Below the pieces are notes generated by a model. It searched no databases. It was not told where the DNA came from and worked only from the letters and a program-made list of their open reading frames with translations. Both the position numbers and the translations under genes were made by a program. Positions 1-7,632 of a stretch of 64,000 nucleotides of DNA are shown here, one piece after another. The DNA comes from Acidobacteriota bacterium (GTDB lineage: Bacteria; Acidobacteriota; Blastocatellia; Chloracidobacteriales; JADJPF01): positions 518 to 64,517 of the forward strand of contig JACQZQ010000011.1 of the NCBI GenBank assembly GCA_016213785.1. Reading direction: 5' to 3'. How positions within the stretch are numbered: the first letter of the stretch is position 1; the number at the start of each line of letters is the position of its first letter.

Positions 1-54
1 GTATTTTTGGTAGGTAGCGAAAACAAAACTGAGGGTAAACGTAAACCTGTATTA
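1..54 (+). repeat. direct repeat copy 1 (identical to 776..829); may extend upstream of the window
   Basis: By my hand alignment (offset 775), gtatttttggtaggtagcgaaaacaaaactgagggtaaacgtaaacctgtatta matches 776..829 base for base. Identity ends at position 55 versus 830 (c versus t). Confidence 0.85.
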
Positions 55-609
55 CAATCGCAAAACAACACAAAAATAGCTTCAAATAAAACAATAGAGG
101 ATAAAAAAGATTTAATAAAGCTACGTCTGATAGGGCGTAAAGCAAAGCTATCTAGAGATAAAGAAGAATCAATAGTTGATCTAAAAAAACAAATTAATGC
201 TGAAGGTAATCACAAATACAAAATAATAGATAGAAGAGAAAAAGATGGAAAACATTATTTTCTGTTTGTAGTTCGCGGTTCAACTAGAGCAAAACTTGGA
301 GGCGGGTATTGTGGAGCAGGGAGTGAATGCAATTTAGTTTGGATGAAAATAGATAATAGTTTGAAAGTAGAATCAATTAAATCTATATTAACCGAATCTT
401 GTGTTGAAGATATAGAAGGTGGCTCAGATCTTGATGGTTTTACTGATTATAAAGTAGCAAAAGGAAAATTCTCTTTTACCTTTATTAAATTGGAGTCTAA
501 AGATAATGAAGTATATATTCGAGAAAAAGAATTACTCTATATTTTAAGTAAGCCAGAAAATGGTATAAAAATAATAAAAGAGAGTTTTTATCCAGCAAAT
601 ACTGATTAG
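1..609 (+). CDS. hypothetical secreted protein, 5'-truncated by window edge
   Basis: Frame 1 is open from base 1 to TAG at 607-609. The first 18 codons (..FLVGSENKTEGKRKPVL) are DNA-identical to 776..829 of the next gene. No domain recognised. Confidence 0.5.
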   Translation, partial: VFLVGSENKTEGKRKPVLQSQNNTKIASNKTIEDKKDLIKLRLIGRKAKLSRDKEESIVDLKKQINAEGNHKYKIIDRREKDGKHYFLFVVRGSTRAKLGGGYCGAGSECNLVWMKIDNSLKVESIKSILTESCVEDIEGGSDLDGFTDYKVAKGKFSFTFIKLESKDNEVYIREKELLYILSKPENGIKIIKESFYPANTD

Positions 610-739
610 TAGACTTAAAAAGGGTGTGTCCAACAATTTCTGTAAGACTAGGGTAATTAAAAAGTAAACTTTTTCCAAGATGCTAGGTTTGTTCTATACA
701 CAAAATTTAATATTTTCTAAAGTAAGGAACTATAAAATA

Positions 740-1435
740 ATGAAAAAACTTATTTGTATGCTGTTGATACTATTGGTATTTTTGGTAGGTAGCGAAAACA
801 AAACTGAGGGTAAACGTAAACCTGTATTATTAACGTCTCAAAGCTGTAATCTTCAAATTGGTGTTCGTAGACAGGCTAACAATAAGTTTCATAGTGCTAG
901 CCTTGAAATAACCTATCAAGATGGAAAAAAGTTTTTAATACCCTCAACACTCTATTCTAATGGGGATTGGCAATACATGTATTATTCTCCAAGTACAACT
1001 GGGGAAGATAAAGAAGATTTTTTTTGGGAATGTAAAATAGACGATAAAGTTATTAAGACAGGAACATTTAAGAGTAATAATTTCCTAACACAAATTCCTA
1101 GGGATAGTTATAAGAAGCCTACTACAGAGGCTAAAAGTGATTGGGAGTGTTTTAGTACGTTTACTGTGGCATTGAGCGTTTGGGATAAGTTTAAGGTGCT
1201 AGAATCCTACTATAAAGCTGTATTTATTGTTACTGATCCAAAAGGTAGAAAAAATAGAGCCATCCAATATTGCTCTCGTGGTTCTGATTGTGAGGCAAAT
1301 TTTCCTACAGATTTCCAAACAGATTTCCAGAGTTTCGGAACCTATTCTTGGGTGTGTGTAATTAATGGACAAATAGTAGCAAATAATAAATTTCGATATA
1401 ACCCCTTTAGTATAAACACTTATAGCCCCTTTTAA
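740..1435 (+). CDS. hypothetical secreted protein (paralogous N-terminus to the gene at 1..609)
   Basis: ATG at 740 is preceded by aaggaa at 724-729. MKKLICMLLILLVFLVG looks like a signal peptide. The ORF track start at 680 adds 20 residues with no RBS. No domain recognised. Confidence 0.6.
   Translation: MKKLICMLLILLVFLVGSENKTEGKRKPVLLTSQSCNLQIGVRRQANNKFHSASLEITYQDGKKFLIPSTLYSNGDWQYMYYSPSTTGEDKEDFFWECKIDDKVIKTGTFKSNNFLTQIPRDSYKKPTTEAKSDWECFSTFTVALSVWDKFKVLESYYKAVFIVTDPKGRKNRAIQYCSRGSDCEANFPTDFQTDFQSFGTYSWVCVINGQIVANNKFRYNPFSINTYSPF
776..829 (+). repeat. direct repeat copy 2 (identical to 1..54)
   Basis: Same 54-nt string as at the window start. It covers the end of the signal peptide and the first mature residues. 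Confidence 0.85.
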
Positions 1436-1518
1436 TTAAAAAAAGAGGGTTTCTTAAAACGTGAATTTGAATTCAAGAATAAATTTTCTTATCTTTTTAG
1501 ATGAGTGCCACACTTTTA

Positions 1519-1567
1519 AAAATACTAATGGTTAAGTTTATTTACTAAACTTAACCATTAGTATTTT
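1519..1567. terminator. bidirectional intrinsic terminator hairpin between convergent genes
   Basis: Perfect 22-bp stem (aaaatactaatggttaagttta / taaacttaaccattagtatttt) with the 5-nt loop tttac. A-run and T-run flank it. It lies between the 3' ends of 740..1435(+) and 1594..2580(-). Confidence 0.65.
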
Positions 1568-1593
1568 GCCTACAATTAAAATATAAAACTACC

Positions 1594-2580
1594 CTATTTT
1601 GTAGAGGCTCTTTCCAGAATCAAAGGAACATAGTTTTGAGTTTCTTTAGAAAGGTAAGGCTTAATATCTTCAAATTTTGGGCCATTAGGGGGGATATTGT
1701 CTCCATAAACTTTTTCTAAAGCTTTCCTAATTCGTGGATGACCGCCATTATAAGAAGCTAGAGCAAATTTTAGTTTTTCTTCTCTAGGTAGTGGTTTACC
1801 TTGGTTGTAATAGTTTAATCCTTTACTGGTTATTTCTCCCTCTCTATTTTTGTAAGTATTATTCACATAATCAAATTTTTTAGCTAGAATCTTTGGTACA
1901 GCAGGAATAGCTTGATTAGGATCTTTTCTAGGATCTTTGCCACTACCATCAAGTTTTAATCCTCCTTCTGCTGCGGTATTGCTCCTTATTTGAGCAATAC
2001 CTGTAGCTCCACTTTTTCCATTAACATCAGTAGGATCAAACTTACTTTCTTGCCATAATAAAGCTTTGAGTTCTATTGGAGTCATTTCTGGAAAAGGATT
2101 ATTGGGATCTTCGACAGCTTTTCTAATAGTATTGTTATACTTGTTTTGATTTACATTCTTACTAACCTGATCCCAATTAGTGTCTAAATTATCCTTAACG
2201 GCGGGCTTTAAAGTATCATTAGTCGCTTTTGCTGTTTCAGTCTTAGCATCAGTAGAATTAGCAGAATTAGTAGAAGCCGCTGGCTGACTGGGGTTTTGTG
2301 GTTTGCTAGGTACAGATGCATTAATTAAATTTCTAAAATAATTTGACTCAAGAGAAGTATATTGTTGATATTTATTAGATAATGAGTCAGGTTGTTTTGC
2401 TGGCTCTCTAACTACAGAGTTATTAGCGATGCTAGCTGGTGATGAATAAGGGTCTGAGCTTAAAGTGTTAGAAGTTTCTGTAGCGTCTGTGGGGTTTTTA
2501 TTGTCTACTAAATTAGATGTGTTGGCTGGTTGATTAAAATCATCTTGTGCTATAGGTGAATAATTAGATGTTACTTGCAT
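1594..2580 (-). CDS. lytic transglycosylase (SLT domain) with a long low-complexity N-terminal region
   Basis: SLT motifs are present: LLWQESKF (catalytic Glu-Ser), TGIAQI, ASYNGG. I chose the ATG at 2580 because aaggag lies 6 nt upstream. The track ORF extends to 2631. Confidence 0.8.
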   Translation of the reverse strand: MQVTSNYSPIAQDDFNQPANTSNLVDNKNPTDATETSNTLSSDPYSSPASIANNSVVREPAKQPDSLSNKYQQYTSLESNYFRNLINASVPSKPQNPSQPAASTNSANSTDAKTETAKATNDTLKPAVKDNLDTNWDQVSKNVNQNKYNNTIRKAVEDPNNPFPEMTPIELKALLWQESKFDPTDVNGKSGATGIAQIRSNTAAEGGLKLDGSGKDPRKDPNQAIPAVPKILAKKFDYVNNTYKNREGEITSKGLNYYNQGKPLPREEKLKFALASYNGGHPRIRKALEKVYGDNIPPNGPKFEDIKPYLSKETQNYVPLILERASTK

Positions 2581-2745
2581 AACTTTCTCCTTAAATAAAT
2601 TCTTGAATTGATAGAAAAATGGTTTTTGCAAGTCTGCTTATAGCAATAACTAAACCAAAGAGAGATTTAATAAGTTTTAGCGATTAATTGTTGGTTTTCT
2701 TAGTATTTATTTATAAGTTCTTTTTTTAAGAAAAATTTAAGACTC

Positions 2746-2782
2746 TGCCACAAATGGCAGTATGTTTTTGCCAAAAGTGGCA
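2746..2782. promoter_or_regulatory. twin TGCCA-N4-TGGCA palindromes (candidate operator pair) upstream of the SLT gene
   Basis: tgccacaaatggca is at 2746..2759 and tgccaaaagtggca at 2769..2782, 23 bp start to start. They sit in the 185-bp gap between 2817..3371(-) and the SLT gene. Confidence 0.3.
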
Positions 2783-2816
2783 ATATAGCCAGTGTATTTG
2801 TAATTAATAGATTGGC

Positions 2817-3371
2817 TTAGCTTGAGGGATATTTGGCTTCTAGCTCAATTAAAAGGGAATTTATAGTCTCGCTAACTCGTTTTATATCAGGAAGAAAAGC
2901 TACTTGACTATTTTCAGCATTGTTTAGAATCTCAGGATTAGATTTAAAGACGGTTTGAGCAAGCTTTAGCGTGTAAATAGCTTTACTAGGTTTTTCTAAA
3001 CCTAAGTGACAATACGTTAATAAATATAGAGTAGCACATTGTTGAGCTTTACAACCTGCTGAGCTAAATTGTTGTTGGGCAGAGGCAAGCATTGGTAAAG
3101 CGGCCTTAAAATTGCCTAGCTCATAATCTACAAACCCCATTACTAAACGAGTCTCAGCGCTTTCTTTTGCCATATTTAATTCATCAAAAAGATCTCGTGC
3201 TTCACTTGCTGCTCTATGGGCTTCTAGCCATTGACCATCGCTAAGAAAGTAAAGTGCTGTTGCAAATAGCTCTTTAGCATCACGGGCTATCTCTTCGTCA
3301 TCTTCATAATCATCATCTTCATAGTCCTCATCATCGTCATTATCTAGAGGCAAATCTATATAAGGTGTCAT
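2817..3371 (-). CDS. small acidic TPR-like protein
   Basis: The N-terminus is DNDDDEDYEDDDYEDDEE. It is followed by helical-repeat Ala/Leu/Tyr spacing typical of TPRs (ALYFLSDGQWLEA.., GFVDYELGNFKAAL.., LLTYCHLGLEKPSKAI..). Confidence 0.5.
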   Translation of the reverse strand: MTPYIDLPLDNDDDEDYEDDDYEDDEEIARDAKELFATALYFLSDGQWLEAHRAASEARDLFDELNMAKESAETRLVMGFVDYELGNFKAALPMLASAQQQFSSAGCKAQQCATLYLLTYCHLGLEKPSKAIYTLKLAQTVFKSNPEILNNAENSQVAFLPDIKRVSETINSLLIELEAKYPSS

Positions 3372-3376
3372 AGGTA

Positions 3377-3832
3377 TTATTCCTCGTCAGGCAAAGAATC
3401 ATCTTGATCCTCTATTTCAAGTAAGAAAGAGGTTAGGCGGTTAGTTGCGTCTAGAACAGCGTTAGCTGCTCCCCAAACAATTTTTTCCTCTCTAACAATA
3501 CTTGCACCTGTTAAATTTAGCTCTAAGTCATCATACTTTGCATCAACAATAGCCACAATTAAGGCATCATCTAAATACTCAGGTTGCATTTTAAGAGTTT
3601 TTTGTAAAACAAGGCGCGTTCCTTCAGGAAGGGATTTAGTTAAGGCTTGTATTGTAGCTAGAGATGTAGCCTCAATAATTCCATTTTCTATTGGAGGAAT
3701 ACTAACTTGGCCTATAGCTAAACGGTTATTGACAAATAATACAACTCTGGCAATGTCTGGCGATTCGGCCTTGCTAGCAGGTATAAGCTCGGCTCTTTTT
3801 AGTAAAACTTTACGAGAAGTTTTTTTTGACAT
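3377..3832 (-). CDS. hypothetical protein with an acidic C-terminus
   Basis: Clean 151-aa ORF only 5 nt upstream of the TPR gene, so probably co-transcribed. No motif recognised. Confidence 0.45.
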   Translation of the reverse strand: MSKKTSRKVLLKRAELIPASKAESPDIARVVLFVNNRLAIGQVSIPPIENGIIEATSLATIQALTKSLPEGTRLVLQKTLKMQPEYLDDALIVAIVDAKYDDLELNLTGASIVREEKIVWGAANAVLDATNRLTSFLLEIEDQDDSLPDEE

Positions 3833-3947
3833 GGTTCTTTTTATGTTGCTCTTATATTTTAAGTCTGCATTCTATACAAGAACTAAAAAGGATATCTAGG
3901 CCTAACAACAAGTCTTTACGCACCTAAAGCATTTGTTATACTTTTTC

Positions 3948-3988
3948 TTGCAAATATATGGTGTATGGTGTATAGTAACACTATACAC
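3948..3988 (+). promoter_or_regulatory. sigma-70-type promoter overlapped by a 9-3-9 inverted repeat (likely GntR autoregulatory operator)
   Basis: TTGCAA (3948-3953), 17-nt spacer, TATAGT (3971-3976). The perfect palindrome gtgtatagt-aac-actatacac is at 3968..3988. The direct repeat atggtgt atggtgt is at 3958-3971. The GntR gene starts at 4013. Confidence 0.5.
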
Positions 3989-4012
3989 TTTTATAGAGTT
4001 TGGTATTAAGTT

Positions 4013-4396
4013 ATGTTTATTACAATTGATGAAAAGGATAGGCGGCCAATCTATCTGCAAGTAGTAGATGAGATTAAGACTTTAATAGCTAGAGGAGAGC
4101 TTAGGGAAGGGACTCAACTTCCCCCTGTTAGACAAGTTGCGGCTAATTTAGGTGTAAACTTAAACACAATTGCTACTGCTTATCGTGAATTACAAGAAGA
4201 AGGTTTAATTAGTATAAAACACGGAGCAGGAGCAGTAGTAACACGTTCTAGAGCAAATACTATTAATAGCGATGATGAGCTACGTCGTCCGCTTAGAGGA
4301 GCACTAACTCAGTTTGTCTTAGCGGGTCTATCTAGCAAGGAAATTTTAGAAATAGTTGCAGAAGAGCTAAAACAGCTTGTGAAAGGAGCAAACTAG
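4013..4396 (+). CDS. GntR-family transcriptional regulator (short, YtrA-like)
   Basis: Winged-HTH signature LPPVRQVAANLGVNLNTIATAYRELQEEGLI. The short 127-aa length fits the YtrA subfamily. Confidence 0.9.
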   Translation: MFITIDEKDRRPIYLQVVDEIKTLIARGELREGTQLPPVRQVAANLGVNLNTIATAYRELQEEGLISIKHGAGAVVTRSRANTINSDDELRRPLRGALTQFVLAGLSSKEILEIVAEELKQLVKGAN

Positions 4397-4398
4397 TT

Positions 4399-5508
4399 AT
4401 GACACACACAACAACATTACTCGTTTTTTGGTTTGCTTTTGATATTTTAATGTTTGGACTAATGCTTTATATGCCCATTATGCGCAAGGAAGAGGCTTTT
4501 TTTGGTACTAGAGTTAGTCCAGAAACTTATCAAGGTATTGGTAGGGAAATACTTAATCGCTATCGATTCTGGTTAGTTCTTACTTTTATTCAAGTTGAGG
4601 TTTTAGGGCTAGTACTCTCACTTTATCGTAATACTATGCCTCTTGCTAGAATTGTAAGTTTACCCATATTAATTACTGCTTCAATGATTTTTTATGTGAT
4701 TTTTGCTAGACAAGTTAAGCAATATGAATCTATTGAAGAAAATCAGCGCTTTGCTACATCGCTAAAAGTAAGACATTTAAGTGATTATACTAGTATTAGT
4801 TTAGAAATAGCTATTGCAATAACCATTATGATACCTACATTAGTACTAATTTACTATTACCCATTACTCCCTGATAAAATTCCTGTTCATTGGGATTTAC
4901 TAGGCCGACCAGATAAATGGGCAGAAAAAAATATTTTCTCTGTTTTCTTTTTGCCAGTGATAATGGTTTATTTACAAGGGCTATTTTGGCTAATCAAATA
5001 TGGAATGTTGCAGGCAAAAATGACATTACCAGCCGAAGTTGCAGAAGAATTTTTTGCTCTAAAAGAAGAATCCTTAAAAGTAGGAATAAGCTTGCTAGAC
5101 CAAATTCGCTTGCTACAAGCTATTTTAATGGGAGCAATTTCTCTTAATATACTTTCAGCTACTTTGGGTAATGGAGATGTAACTAAATGGATAATAGTGC
5201 TAGCAATTTTAGCAGATGTAGTTATCTTAGTACTATGCGCCTATAACATCTCTAAAATTATGAAGATAGAAGATAAATTAAAAGCTATTTCAGGTCGTAG
5301 TTATGTAGAAAATGCTAGAGATGCTAAACATTGGTATGGTGGAGGAATGTTTTACTATAATCCTGATGATCCGGCTTTATTTATAGAAAAAAAAGTAGGT
5401 TATGGCTATACAATGAACTTTGCTAATAAACAAATTTTTCTATATATTGGCTACGGTCTTTTACTACCAATATCAATATTAATCTTAAGTTCATTAGGCA
5501 AATTATAG
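4399..5508 (+). CDS. polytopic membrane protein, DUF1648/DUF5808-like
   Basis: Motifs IPVHWDLLGRPDKW (DUF1648-like) and FYYNPDDPALFIEKKVGYGYTMNF (DUF5808-like). The start is 2 nt after the GntR stop. This pairing with YtrA-like regulators is common. Confidence 0.75.
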   Translation: MTHTTTLLVFWFAFDILMFGLMLYMPIMRKEEAFFGTRVSPETYQGIGREILNRYRFWLVLTFIQVEVLGLVLSLYRNTMPLARIVSLPILITASMIFYVIFARQVKQYESIEENQRFATSLKVRHLSDYTSISLEIAIAITIMIPTLVLIYYYPLLPDKIPVHWDLLGRPDKWAEKNIFSVFFLPVIMVYLQGLFWLIKYGMLQAKMTLPAEVAEEFFALKEESLKVGISLLDQIRLLQAILMGAISLNILSATLGNGDVTKWIIVLAILADVVILVLCAYNISKIMKIEDKLKAISGRSYVENARDAKHWYGGGMFYYNPDDPALFIEKKVGYGYTMNFANKQIFLYIGYGLLLPISILILSSLGKL

Positions 5509-5614
5509 GATTTAGCTCTAAGAGGGCAAATGCTTTAAATACATCTATATTCAGTAACATATAGATATAAGTATTTGCATTCTGAATAGTTTCTAAGTAT
5601 TATAAATTTACTGT

Positions 5615-5944
5615 TTAGGTATTTAGCCTAGAGTCAATATCTTGATCTAGTTCTTGAATTGCATCAAGAATTTTGCCGAATTTCTGCCCAAAACTTGTTA
5701 GCTGATATTCTACTTTTGGTGGGGTTTCAGGGTAAACTTGTCTATCTATAATTCCATACCTAAGCAATTTTCTTAGTCTTTCATTAAGTACTTTAGTAGT
5801 TAGACCTATAATATGACGCTCAATCGCTCCAGGTCTACAAACTCCTTGTCGAATTGTTTGGAGCACAATTAACGACCATTTACAGCCAACAATGTCTTCT
5901 ATCATTTGGCTTGTAGATATTTTGTTTGTTTTATTTTTAGCCAT
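5615..5944 (-). CDS. HxlR-family transcriptional regulator
   Basis: CKWSLIVLQTI...TKVLNERLRKLLRYGIIDRQVYPETPPKVEYQLT matches the HxlR wHTH pattern. Confidence 0.9.
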   Translation of the reverse strand: MAKNKTNKISTSQMIEDIVGCKWSLIVLQTIRQGVCRPGAIERHIIGLTTKVLNERLRKLLRYGIIDRQVYPETPPKVEYQLTSFGQKFGKILDAIQELDQDIDSRLNT

Positions 5945-6082
5945 TTTTATTTAGTTGATTTTATTAAATTTGTACTAAAAAGTAAGTATCTTTCCGGTTT
6001 GTACGTACTTTTGTAATAGGTAGACTCCTGCTACTTTTCTATCACCCGCTTACAATTTTACATTAGTTTAGGAGAAAAAATC

Positions 6083-6319
6083 ATGAAATCAAAAGCTATT
6101 TTTTACCATGCAGGTTGTCCAGTTTGTGTAGAGGCAGAAACCCAATTAGCCTCAGCTTTAGATTCTGCTCGCTTTGAAGTAGAAGTTGTTCATCTAGGGC
6201 AAGAAAAAGCACGTGTTAGTGAAGCAGAAAAATATGGGGTAAAATCTGTCCCAGCTTTAGTTATGAATAACCAGGCTTTTCATATTAATTTTGGTGCAGA
6301 TTTATCTGTGTTGAAATAA
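6083..6319 (+). CDS. small thioredoxin-fold protein (CPVC motif)
   Basis: 78 aa with HAGCPVC near the N-terminus and VPALV later (cis-Pro region). It is divergent from the HxlR gene. Confidence 0.7.
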   Translation: MKSKAIFYHAGCPVCVEAETQLASALDSARFEVEVVHLGQEKARVSEAEKYGVKSVPALVMNNQAFHINFGADLSVLK

Positions 6320-6329
6320 AACAGAGCAG

Positions 6330-6373
6330 GGACAGAGTAGGGACAGAGACATAGCTCTGTCCCTACTCTGTCC
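6330..6373. terminator. bidirectional terminator hairpin
   Basis: Perfect 19-bp GC-containing stem (ggacagagtagggacagag / ctctgtccctactctgtcc) with the 6-nt loop acatag, between convergent genes. The 3' arm abuts the stop codon of the 6374..7381 gene. Confidence 0.7.
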
Positions 6374-7381
6374 TTAAAATTTAATTACAATTTTGCCAAA
6401 GTGAGAGCCGCTAGCCATCATTTCAAAGGCTTCGCGGGTTTGGTCAAAGGAAAATAATTTATCTACAACAGGTTTCATTTTATGTAGTTCTATGGCTCGG
6501 TTCATATCTTCAAAATCTGTTCGGCTGCCTACTATAATTCCTTGGATTCTAAGGTTTTGCATTAGAATAGGGACTAAGTTAAGTTTAGCACTTGGCCCGC
6601 TTAAAATCCCTATTACACTAATTTGTCCAGCAAAACGAACACTTTTTAAGGCTTTATCAAAGGTATTTGTTCCGCCTACTTCAACAACGTGATCTACACC
6701 ATTTCCATCTGTTAACTCACGAACTTGTTTTTCCCAATCAGGGTTATTTTTATAGTTAATAGTCTCATCTGCGCCTAGAGCGCGGGCGCGGGCTAGTTTT
6801 TCATCGCTGCTTGAGGTAATAATTACTCTAGCGCCTACTAGTTTAGCAAACTGCAATGCAAAAATTGATACTCCACCTGTACCTTGCAGAAGAATTGTGT
6901 CACCTGCTTTAAGCTTTCCATGGGAAATTATTGCATTCCAGGCTGTTACTCCAGCACAGGGGAGAGTTGCGGCTTCTTCATTGCTTAAATGATTTGGTAA
7001 ATGGACAATTCCATCTTCGTCTAAAGCGATATATTCAGCTAAAGTTCCGTCATAGGGGCCACCTAAGGTTGTTCCTAATCGTTTTCTTTCAGGCTCTCCT
7101 GCTATCCATTTCTGAGCAAAAATAGCTGCAACTCGATCACCTACTTTTACTCTTTTAACCTCTTGACCAATTGCTACTACTTCGCCAACCCCATCAGATA
7201 AAGGAATAAGAGGGAGTTTTTGTTTAGGGTTATAGCTTCCCATCACGGTCATTAGGTCACGAAAATTAAGTGATACAGCACTTACTTTTATTAAAATTTG
7301 GTTGTCTTTTATTTTAGGTTCTGGGCGTTCAGCTTGAACTAATGACTCTAGTCCAAACTGTTGAATTTCATAGACTTTCAT
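6374..7381 (-). CDS. NAD(P)-dependent oxidoreductase, MDR (zinc-type alcohol dehydrogenase/quinone reductase) family
   Basis: MDR fold pattern: SLNFRD, GxGGVS nucleotide-binding loop (LQGTGGVSIFALQ), and the C-terminal GKIVI. Confidence 0.9.
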   Translation of the reverse strand: MKVYEIQQFGLESLVQAERPEPKIKDNQILIKVSAVSLNFRDLMTVMGSYNPKQKLPLIPLSDGVGEVVAIGQEVKRVKVGDRVAAIFAQKWIAGEPERKRLGTTLGGPYDGTLAEYIALDEDGIVHLPNHLSNEEAATLPCAGVTAWNAIISHGKLKAGDTILLQGTGGVSIFALQFAKLVGARVIITSSSDEKLARARALGADETINYKNNPDWEKQVRELTDGNGVDHVVEVGGTNTFDKALKSVRFAGQISVIGILSGPSAKLNLVPILMQNLRIQGIIVGSRTDFEDMNRAIELHKMKPVVDKLFSFDQTREAFEMMASGSHFGKIVIKF

Positions 7382-7632
7382 TAATTAATTTCCTTAGTAA
7401 TATAATTTAGATTTCTATATAAGCCTATATCCTACAATTAAGTTTGCTTGCTTTGCTAGTTGGCTTAGCATAAGAAAGGTTTTTGTTAATATTTAGCTCT
7501 TTGCTAGTAGTTTTATAGACAAAGTTTTATGCAATATTTATAATGCTGGCGTAATTCAAATAATAATAAAGAGCAAAATCTCCTTCTTTTATTGACTTAT
7601 ATAGGCTTAGGCAAATAGCAGGTCGGAAAATA

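Noticed and set aside
2755-2773. A sigma-54-like string TGGCAG-N9-TTGCC in the SLT upstream region.
   Set aside because: The GG-to-GC spacing is 14 nt instead of the required 12, and no + strand gene lies downstream. It is better explained as overlapping halves of the two TGCCA-N4-TGGCA palindromes.
2817-3832. The idea that the 184-aa acidic TPR protein is a class II type III secretion chaperone and that the 151-aa protein is Roadblock-like.
   Set aside because: The support is only size, charge and TPR-like repeats. There are no secretion-system genes in the window, and the 151-aa protein lacks a clear Roadblock motif.
7420-7610. An 11-bp inverted repeat (taagcctatat at 7420-7430 and atataggctta at 7600-7610) bracketing the intergenic region between the MDR reductase and the histidine kinase.
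   Set aside because: It is short and A/T-rich, so chance occurrence in this composition is plausible. There are no flanking direct repeats or a mobile-element gene, so I do not call it a MITE or an operator pair.
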